From Thermoplasmata archaeon (GTDB lineage Archaea > Thermoplasmatota > Thermoplasmata > RBG-16-68-12 > JAJISG01): DNA of 64,000 nt. The stretch covers positions 16,986-80,985 of the forward strand of contig JBHIBO010000002.1 of the NCBI GenBank assembly GCA_046759185.1. Direction: 5' to 3'. Each line of letters begins with the position of its first letter. Position 1 is the stretch's first letter. Below are positions 57,189 to 64,000 of the stretch, piece by piece. The position numbers were made by a program, and so were the translations under genes. The notes under the pieces were generated by a model, which saw only the letters and a program-made list of their open reading frames with translations, ran no database searches and had not been told where the DNA came from.

Positions 57189-58112
57189 TCAACCCTCGTG
57201 GCTCAAACGCTGACGGCGGGCGGCCCTGTCAGCCAGGCGGAGAGGTTCCGGGATCCGCGTCCGACAGAGCCGTCGAATGAGGCGTAGGGCCGTGTCGGCA
57301 CTCACCCGGTGCCCCGGCGAGACGTAGATGGGTTTCCCCGAAGGCGGCCGGAAGGCGTGGCCCGCCAACGCCCCACCCATCCGTACCGGGGCGCTCTCAC
57401 CGGGCGCCAGGTGGACCCGATCCGGTCGACCCGTCAACAGACTCTTCGCGACGCCGATGGTGGGGCGATCGAACTTGAGGCCCACGTAGCACGCCACGCC
57501 CAAGTGGTGAGGATGCAGCGCCCCGTTCCCGTCCACCAGGAGCAATGAGGGTGCCATCTCGAGCAGGGAAAAGCAACGTGCCACAGCGTCGAATTCGCGA
57601 TATGCGAGGTACGTTGAGATGTAAGGAAACTCCACCGGTACCGTCAGCCGGATCTCTTGCTGGACCTCGAGGCTCTCCCAATCCAAGAGGACCGCGGCGG
57701 CATAGGCCCTGTCGTCGCCGTACGAGACGTCGAACCCCGCCACACTGAGCAGCTCATCGAATCGGTCTTCAAAGACCACCTGGGAAGCGAGAGATCGCTG
57801 CTCTTCGCGGAGGGCCTCGAGGGGCCTGCTGGAGCGAAAGCCTTGGAAGCAGATTTTTCGGAAGTTTCTTATCCTTCCGCCCTGGAGCCGAACGCCCTCC
57901 TTCTCGAGGGGCGGGGCTGCCCGTTGGAAGGCCAGCGAGCCGTCCCTTCGGACCACGCGGTACCATCCTGGCGGACGATTCCGGCGCAGGACCCGGAAGA
58001 CCGGGACGGCGGCCCGAGCGTCTCCGAGCGCTTGCGCCAATGCTCCGAACGTGGTAACCTGGCCGACCGGGACCTGAGCCAGGAGCAAATCGAGTTCGTG
58101 GCCAAACCGCAT
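57189..58112 (-). CDS. nfi: Endonuclease V with N-terminal Ogt/ATL-like DNA-binding domain
   Basis: N-terminal VP.GQVTTFG.LA..LG...GWYRVVRRDG...LEKEG; C-terminal AGFDVSY, FPYI..YLAYRE, VDGNG.LHP, IGVAKS, VSPGH, RIPEP.R.AD. Confidence 0.88.
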   Translation of the reverse strand: MRFGHELDLLLAQVPVGQVTTFGALAQALGDARAAVPVFRVLRRNRPPGWYRVVRRDGSLAFQRAAPPLEKEGVRLQGGRIRNFRKICFQGFRSSRPLEALREEQRSLASQVVFEDRFDELLSVAGFDVSYGDDRAYAAAVLLDWESLEVQQEIRLTVPVEFPYISTYLAYREFDAVARCFSLLEMAPSLLLVDGNGALHPHHLGVACYVGLKFDRPTIGVAKSLLTGRPDRVHLAPGESAPVRMGGALAGHAFRPPSGKPIYVSPGHRVSADTALRLIRRLCRTRIPEPLRLADRAARRQRLSHEG

Positions 58113-58184
58113 GCCGGCACCCGTTCCGTGGGTCGCCTGTCATCGTCCCGTACCCATTAATATCCCTCGTCGATTGGCGAGCCA

Positions 58185-59441
58185 GTGTCCCTTCTCGTCA
58201 CTGACGGTACCCTTCTTACGCAGGACGACGAGCGACGGGTGGTCAAGGGCAACCTCCTCACCGAGAAGGATCGAATTCGAGCGGTCGGGGGGGCCGAGGG
58301 TTCGGCCGATCGGACCCTAGACGCTACCGGCTGCCTCGTCATCCCCGGACTGGTCAACGGGTACACCCGCGCCGCCCACGTGCTCCTGGGGCCACCCCAG
58401 GACCAGCCTTGGGGCGACATGGCGGAAGCCATGGCCAGCCTCCAGTCCAACCTAACCAAGCGGGACCTAGAAGTGGCCGCCGCCCTCGCTGTGACGGAGA
58501 TGCTAGCCAGCGGGACCACCTGCTTCCTCGACCTCTTCGTGTGGGAGGAGGAGGTCGGACGGGCCGTTTCCCAGGCAGGGATTCGCGCGCATCTCGCCTG
58601 GGCCGTCACGGCAGACGAGGACCTCCCCCTCGCGCGCCGTTTCCTTCACAAGATGCAGGGTCGCGACCGCATCCAGGCTCTCGTGGGGGCGACGGAACTC
58701 TCCCAGCCTCAGCAGATCAAGGCCCTGGCCGTCCTGGCGCGGGAGGAGGGTACTCGCTGGTGTCTCCCTTTGTCGGAGCGTCGATCCGACGTGTACGGCT
58801 TCCAACGGGCGACGGGGAGGCGACCCGTGGAATGGCTGGAGAGGGAGGGGTTCCTCTCGCCAGAGTTCCTCGCGTTCCACGGCGTTTGGCTCACCCTGAA
58901 TGAAATCCGCGCCCTTGCGCGGAACCAGGTCCCCGTCATCCATTGCCCCGGATCCAACCAGATGACGGGTGCCGGGGGCCCGATGCCGCTCCCGGAGATG
59001 CTTCGTGAGGGGGTCGTGGTCGGATTGGGCACCGACTCCCCTTTCCTTAGCGGGAGCCTCAGCCTTCGAGCGGCCATGGGCACGTGTGGCCACATCCACC
59101 GGGGAACCCGAGGGGACCCTACGGTTCTTCCCGCGCAGACGTTGTTGGATCTGGGAACCCGCGGTGGAGCGCAGGCCTTCGGCCTTAGGACCGGGCACCT
59201 CCAGAGGGGCGCGCCGGCGGATTTCGTCGTGCTGGAGACCGGGATGACGTCCTCGGACCCCGTCGAGGAAAGCTTATCCCTCCTGGCGTATGGAGGTCGG
59301 GCCCTCCGGGTCCGGGATGTTGTCGTGGCGGGAAAGCTGGTCGTGGAGGGAGGAAGGGTGATGGCGTTTGACTTGGCTGACCTCCAGGCGCGCGTGGGAG
59401 AGGTGAGGAGGGAGCTCGGGCTTGCGCATTCTAGGGATTGA
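58185..59441 (+). CDS. Amidohydrolase family protein (MTA/SAH deaminase-like) with degenerate metal ligands
   Basis: PGLVNGYTR in place of PGLVNxHxH, SGTT, HGVWL, HCP.SN, LGTD, ADF. Confidence 0.8.
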   Translation: MSLLVTDGTLLTQDDERRVVKGNLLTEKDRIRAVGGAEGSADRTLDATGCLVIPGLVNGYTRAAHVLLGPPQDQPWGDMAEAMASLQSNLTKRDLEVAAALAVTEMLASGTTCFLDLFVWEEEVGRAVSQAGIRAHLAWAVTADEDLPLARRFLHKMQGRDRIQALVGATELSQPQQIKALAVLAREEGTRWCLPLSERRSDVYGFQRATGRRPVEWLEREGFLSPEFLAFHGVWLTLNEIRALARNQVPVIHCPGSNQMTGAGGPMPLPEMLREGVVVGLGTDSPFLSGSLSLRAAMGTCGHIHRGTRGDPTVLPAQTLLDLGTRGGAQAFGLRTGHLQRGAPADFVVLETGMTSSDPVEESLSLLAYGGRALRVRDVVVAGKLVVEGGRVMAFDLADLQARVGEVRRELGLAHSRD

Positions 59442-60069
59442 CGAGGCGGGTCGGGGCCCGGTACTGGGCCCCCTTGTCGTGGCGGGGGTCGTTGCCGAAG
59501 ACCAGGAGGTGTTGCGGGATCTCGGTGTCCGAGACTCCAAGAAGCTAACGGCGCCTCAGCGCGTGGCCCTGGTGTCAGAAATCGAGAAGGTGGCGGTGGC
59601 TCGGGTCCATCGTATTGACGCTGCCGAGCTGGACGCCTCGATGAAGGAGGAGTCCCTGAACCGCGTGGAGGCACGGTCCTTCGCCGAGCTGATCCGGGAG
59701 CTGGCGCCGGAAGAGGCCATCGTGGACTGCTGCGACACGGACGAGAGGCGCTTCGCGTCGCGGATCCTTCAGGACCTCGGATATGACGTGCCTTTGCGGG
59801 CGGAGCACAAGGCGGACGAGCACCATCCCATCGTCTCCGCCGCCTCCATCATCGCCAAGGTGGCCCGGGATGCCGAGGTGCGGAGTATCGGTCGCGAGCT
59901 GGGGATGCCCGTGGGCAGTGGGTACGCCCACGACCCCATGACCCGCGCCTTCCTCAAGCACTGGGTCGCCGTCCATGGAGAGATGCCACCGCACACACGG
60001 CTGGCCTGGAAGACGAGCCAGGACCTGCTGTCCAAGGCCCACGCTGGGAAGCTCACGGAGTGGGAGTAG
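59422..60069 (+). CDS. rnhB: Ribonuclease HII
   Basis: GIDEAGRGPVLGP, DSKKL, HKAD, SAASIIAKV.RD, GSGY..DP. Confidence 0.96.
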   Translation: MRILGIDEAGRGPVLGPLVVAGVVAEDQEVLRDLGVRDSKKLTAPQRVALVSEIEKVAVARVHRIDAAELDASMKEESLNRVEARSFAELIRELAPEEAIVDCCDTDERRFASRILQDLGYDVPLRAEHKADEHHPIVSAASIIAKVARDAEVRSIGRELGMPVGSGYAHDPMTRAFLKHWVAVHGEMPPHTRLAWKTSQDLLSKAHAGKLTEWE

Positions 60070-60070
60070 G

Positions 60071-60409
60071 ATGCGGGAGACCATCGAGGACCTTATCTCC
60101 ACCTTTAACGCCCGTGCCCAGAAGGAGGCCCAGCTCCATGCGGAGATTGGAGGGATGGAGAGGACCATCCAGCTCGTCACGGACAAGGGCGCGTACCACA
60201 TGACCCTCCGGGACGGCCAGATCGGAGGGTTAACCGAGGGGCCGCTGGAGGGGGCCGACGTGACGATTCGGTGTAGCGAAGCGACCTTCTACGGTCTCGT
60301 TGAGGGCCGTATGGCTCCCTTCAAGGCCCTGGCCCTGGGGAAGCTGAAGCTGAAGGCCTCTCTGGAGGACGCGCTTCGACTGCGGAAGTTCCTCACCGCC
60401 CGCCGGTAG
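60071..60409 (+). CDS. SCP2 sterol-binding domain protein
   Basis: ADVTI...F..LV.G...PFKA...GKLK. Confidence 0.8.
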   Translation: MRETIEDLISTFNARAQKEAQLHAEIGGMERTIQLVTDKGAYHMTLRDGQIGGLTEGPLEGADVTIRCSEATFYGLVEGRMAPFKALALGKLKLKASLEDALRLRKFLTARR

Positions 60410-60449
60410 ACGATATCCTTAATATTGGCCGCGCGGTGGCCTCGCCGGT

Positions 60450-60601
60450 AGCGGGGTGGGGTAGCTAGGAAACCCCGGGTCTCCGCATCGACGGAGACCG
60501 GAGCCTAAAATCCCGTCGGGCTCATAACCCGGAGATCCCTGGTTCAAAGGGCCGGGGGCGGTAAGACCGTAATCCCCGGGCTGGATTTCCAGGCCCCGCT
60601 A
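60450..60601 (+). tRNA. Initiator tRNA-Met(CAT) with two BHB introns (60472-60509 and 60549-60587)
   Basis: Acceptor stem AGCGGGG/CCCCGCT (A1-U72), anticodon arm TCGGG-CTCATAA-CCCGG with three G-C pairs, T-stem CCTGG/CCAGG; spliced length 75 nt; TTAATA about 26 nt upstream; no encoded CCA. Confidence 0.92.
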
Positions 60602-60635
60602 TCCCCCTCTTCCTCGGTCGAAGTCCAATCACAAA

Positions 60636-61601
60636 ATGATTAAGTACGCCCCCCTTCGTCCGAGAGCCACGACCTCCAATAGCAGCCTCTCCGTCTCCAG
60701 TCTGTCGAAGACATTCAACGGCCTGCGGGCCGTGGATTCTCTCTCGTTGGAGGTCGAGCACGGCGAGATCTATGGCTTCCTGGGTCCGAACGGGGCCGGG
60801 AAGACGACCACCATCAAGATGGTTCTCGGGCTCACGTACCCTGATGCGGGCGAGGTCCTCATCGACGGTCTCGACCTCTCCCAGCGGCCCCACGAAATCA
60901 AGCGCCGCATCGGGTTCCTGCCGGAACGTCTCGCCTTCTACGACAACCTCACGGCCCTGCAGACCCTCGAGTTCTATGCGAGCCTGAAGGGGCACACCAA
61001 GGATGGACTCTCAGAGCTCCTGGAATCCGTCGGCCTGCGGCAGTTCGCGGACAAGAAGGTCGGGACTTACTCCAAGGGGATGATCCAGCTCCTCGGGGTC
61101 GCGCAGGCCCTCATGGGAAGCCCTAGCCTTCTTCTCCTGGACGAGCCGACGACGGGCCTGGACCCGAACTGGACGCGTGTCGTGAAGGATCGCATCCTGC
61201 AAGCAAACCAGGAGGGTGCCACCGTGTTCTTCTCCTCCCACATCCTCACCGAGGTCCAGGAACTCGCCGGTCGTGTGGGCATCCTCAACAAGGGCAAGCT
61301 CCTGGCGGAGGACACGGTGAGCAACCTGGGGAGCCGCCTCGAGATCAAGCCGCGTCTCCACATCACCGTGACCGGCGAGCTCGAGGCCGCCGCCGGAGTC
61401 CTCCGAGATGTGGATGGCGTCGACGAGGCCAGGGCATCCGGCGGGGAGCTTCTCGTGACCCTAGACGCGAGGGCGAAGACCAAGGTCCTCAGCCGCTTGG
61501 AGGAGCGAGGAGTCACCGTCCAGGATTTCCGGACCGAGGAACCGTCCTTAGAGGAGGTCTTCCTGAAGTTCACGGAAGATGTCCGGAGGGAAATCCGGTG
61601 A
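60636..61601 (+). CDS. ABC transporter ATP-binding protein
   Basis: GPNGAGKTT, YSKGM, LDEPT, SSH. Confidence 0.92.
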   Translation: MIKYAPLRPRATTSNSSLSVSSLSKTFNGLRAVDSLSLEVEHGEIYGFLGPNGAGKTTTIKMVLGLTYPDAGEVLIDGLDLSQRPHEIKRRIGFLPERLAFYDNLTALQTLEFYASLKGHTKDGLSELLESVGLRQFADKKVGTYSKGMIQLLGVAQALMGSPSLLLLDEPTTGLDPNWTRVVKDRILQANQEGATVFFSSHILTEVQELAGRVGILNKGKLLAEDTVSNLGSRLEIKPRLHITVTGELEAAAGVLRDVDGVDEARASGGELLVTLDARAKTKVLSRLEERGVTVQDFRTEEPSLEEVFLKFTEDVRREIR

Positions 61602-62476
61602 GCTCCTCCGAATCCCCCCGGCGCCCCCTTGACCTTCGCGCCGTGTGGGCCCTTCTAAAGAAGGAATTCCTGGACAACGTGAGGAATCGGTGGATCATAG
61701 CCCTCTCTGCGATCTTCATCGTTCTGACCTTAGTGGTCTCCTATTTTGGGGCCGCCCAGGGGGGCGGAGGGACGGGCTTTCAGGGCCTCGTCGAGACGGT
61801 AATCGGCATGACGACCATCGCGACGGTTCTGATTCCGATCCTCGGGCTGATGGTCAGTTATGCCGCGGTCGTGGGGGAGAAGGAACGAGGCTCGATTCTC
61901 CTCCTCCTCTCCATGCCCATCACCCGCCTCGAGACCATCCTCGGCAAGTTTCTTGGCTTGGGCGCGGTCATGCTAACGGCAGTCCTTTCCGGCTTGGGAA
62001 TCGGCGGAATCGTCATCATGGCCTTCACTGGCACGGAGGGATGGGAGAATTTCGTCGTGTTTCTCCTGGGCGCTGTCGTGTTCGCTCTAGCCTTCCTGAG
62101 CATCGGCCTCCTCCTGTCCTCCCTCACGAAACGGCGAGGTGTGGCCATGGGTCTCGCGGTCTTTCTGTGGTTCTTCTTCGCGTTCATGTTCGACCTGGTC
62201 CTTGCGGGGGTGTTGGTCGCCACCGGAGGAAGCCTTCTTCCCGTCCCCGGTGACCCGTTCGTCATCCCCGACTGGTTCTATGCTGCTTCCCTGGCCAACC
62301 CTCCGGACGCCTTTCAGTCCTTCGCGTTCCGGGCCTTCGATCTCTCAGGTGCCTTTGGCATTCCCCTCGAACTGCCGGACTTCGTGACGACTGGTACGAC
62401 CAGCCTCTCGATGACGCTGTGGGCCGCCGTCCCCCTCGCCATAGCCATCTGGCGGTTCCGACGCCAGGATCTGTAG
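61598..62476 (+). CDS. ABC transporter permease (NosY/ABC2-like)
   Basis: KEF.D..RNRW, GEKERGS..LLLSMP.TR...LGKFLG, NP. Confidence 0.88.
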   Translation: MSSSESPRRPLDLRAVWALLKKEFLDNVRNRWIIALSAIFIVLTLVVSYFGAAQGGGGTGFQGLVETVIGMTTIATVLIPILGLMVSYAAVVGEKERGSILLLLSMPITRLETILGKFLGLGAVMLTAVLSGLGIGGIVIMAFTGTEGWENFVVFLLGAVVFALAFLSIGLLLSSLTKRRGVAMGLAVFLWFFFAFMFDLVLAGVLVATGGSLLPVPGDPFVIPDWFYAASLANPPDAFQSFAFRAFDLSGAFGIPLELPDFVTTGTTSLSMTLWAAVPLAIAIWRFRRQDL

Positions 62477-62584
62477 CGGGACCCTGCGAGGCACCTGCCC
62501 CCAGCGGGTTCACCGGCCTTATCATCGGAAAGAATCGGAAAGATACGTTTATCAGCCCCGTACGGAACGAATCGCTGGGTCCTG

Positions 62585-63634
62585 ATGCAGCGCCTTTCCA
62601 CCGGGATTGAAGGCCTAGACAAGATGCTCTACGGCGGCCTCGTCCCGGGCCGGTCCTACGTCCTCACCGGGCCGCCTGGCTCGGGGAAGAGCATCATGGG
62701 CATGCACTTCCTCTTGGAGGGCATCAAGAACGGAGAGAGCGTCATCCTGGTCTCGGTGGACGAGCCGCCCAACGAGATCAAGGCGAACATGGCCCATTTC
62801 GGCTGGGGCCTCGACCGCCTCCGCATTCTCGACGCCACCCCCGACATCCGGGCTCACTCCAAGTCGAAGTCCATCATTGACGTGGGGACCACCCTCGACG
62901 TCCGGGACATGGAGCAGGTCTCCGAGATGCGGAAGAGCCAGCAACGCATCATGGAGGTCTCCGTCCACTCCGTCCAGAAGATGCTCAGGCAGGAGTTCAC
63001 AGAGCACTTCAAGCTCACGGGCAAGCGCTACACCCGCGTCGTCCTCGACTCCCTGACCAGCCTCAAGCTCTTCGGCATGCGGGGGGAGGACAGCAGCATT
63101 CTCATCCAGTCCTTCATGCGCTTCCTCTCCGAGCTGGAGGCGACCATCATCATCACCACGGACCTCCCCTCCCGGGAGACCTTGGAGACGGAGTTCTTCC
63201 TGGCCCGCGGAGAAATCCGGCTGCACAAGTGGTACGAGTCCGGCATGGTGCGGCGCGCGGTTTCCGTCGAGAAGCTGCGCGGGTCGGCCTTCGATGACAG
63301 CTACCGGCCGATGATCATCGGAGACCGGGGCCTCTACGTCCAAGGGGAGGGCGAAGTGGCTCTCCATGGGCAGCGTACGGACGGCGTCGTCGAGAGCTTC
63401 ATCGAGGACATCCAGACGGAAGAGCTCTTTGAGGCCATGGAGGAGGTCCTGCGGCTCTGGGAGCGGTGCGAAGCGGAGAAGCTCAACATCAGCGACCTGC
63501 GGCCCCGCATCTACCGGGCCTTCATCCACTGGCAGATGGGACTGCGGAACGAGGCCCTCCAGCAGGCCATCCTGCTCCTGGATCAACTGCGAAAGCGGCG
63601 ACAGCGGCCGTCCCCCCAGGTCGTCTCGAGGTAG
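62585..63634 (+). CDS. KaiC/RAD55-like RecA-superfamily ATPase with C-terminal helical extension
   Basis: STGIEGLD.ML.GG, GPPGSGKS, VVLDSL, VEKLRGS. Confidence 0.88.
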   Translation: MQRLSTGIEGLDKMLYGGLVPGRSYVLTGPPGSGKSIMGMHFLLEGIKNGESVILVSVDEPPNEIKANMAHFGWGLDRLRILDATPDIRAHSKSKSIIDVGTTLDVRDMEQVSEMRKSQQRIMEVSVHSVQKMLRQEFTEHFKLTGKRYTRVVLDSLTSLKLFGMRGEDSSILIQSFMRFLSELEATIIITTDLPSRETLETEFFLARGEIRLHKWYESGMVRRAVSVEKLRGSAFDDSYRPMIIGDRGLYVQGEGEVALHGQRTDGVVESFIEDIQTEELFEAMEEVLRLWERCEAEKLNISDLRPRIYRAFIHWQMGLRNEALQQAILLLDQLRKRRQRPSPQVVSR

Positions 63635-63637
63635 ACC

Positions 63638-64000
63638 ATGGAAGAGGAACGTATCCGCACGGGAATCGAGGGACTGGACCAAATGCTAAACGGGGGTCTC
63701 ATCCCGCACCGGCCCTACATCGTCTCAGGTCCGCCCGGCAGCGGAAAGTCCACGCTATGCTTTCAGTTCCTCCTTCAGGGGCTCCGGGAGGGACAGCACG
63801 GTCTCTTCGTGGCCTTGGAGGAACCCCCCAATGAGGTACGTCACAACGTCGAGTCCTTCGGCTGGAAGGCTGGGGATGTGGAGATCCTCGATGCCAACTC
63901 CGACATCCGGCGTTTCGAGCCGAACCCCACCCTCGAGATCTCCTCCGAAATCGCCCCCGTGGCGATGAAACACGTCCCGGCCAAGATCCGCAAGACCCCC
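63638..64000 (+). CDS. Second KaiC/RAD55-like ATPase, 5' part (runs off the window end)
   Basis: MEEERIRTGIEGLDQMLNGGL...SGPPGSGKSTL..QFL. Confidence 0.88.
   Translation, partial: MEEERIRTGIEGLDQMLNGGLIPHRPYIVSGPPGSGKSTLCFQFLLQGLREGQHGLFVALEEPPNEVRHNVESFGWKAGDVEILDANSDIRRFEPNPTLEISSEIAPVAMKHVPAKIRKTP

Noticed and set aside
1-64000. CRISPR arrays, rRNA genes, intact transposases or integrases
   Set aside because: None recognised on either strand; no integrase or att-like duplication noticed beside the tRNA

Overview
High-GC archaeal chromosomal DNA, gene-dense. Archaeal markers include TBP, rpS17e, RNase P Rpp21, RNase HII, Thi4, geranylgeranyl reductase, DUF835 and TATA-type promoters. The gene set fits an uncultured Thermoplasmata-like archaeon (inference). 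Most of the window is metabolism: acyl-CoA/beta-oxidation enzymes, acs/acd, a leuA/C/D/B-type 2-oxoacid elongation cluster, iron uptake, ABC transporters and peptidases. The standout locus is a three-gene operon at 18011-21074 that looks like a bacterial-type pupylation system in an archaeon. It encodes an ARC/Mpa-type double-OB proteasomal AAA ATPase, a PafA/Dop-family enzyme with intact active-site motifs, and an overlapping 58-aa Pup/UBact-like ORF ending FQARKGE-GGDRRT. No second PafA/Dop gene or 20S subunit genes are adjacent. Other notable items: an initiator tRNA-Met gene with two non-canonical BHB introns (D-loop and T-loop), a Ku + LigD-ligase NHEJ pair, a LAGLIDADG remnant, an ATL-endonuclease V fusion, a CBS-HPF hibernation-factor-like gene, two sub-60-aa zinc-finger ORFs missing from the ORF track, three DtxR-type boxes and two frameshifted genes. 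No CRISPR array, rRNA or intact IS element was seen. All family assignments come from motif recognition by eye; no database searches were run.
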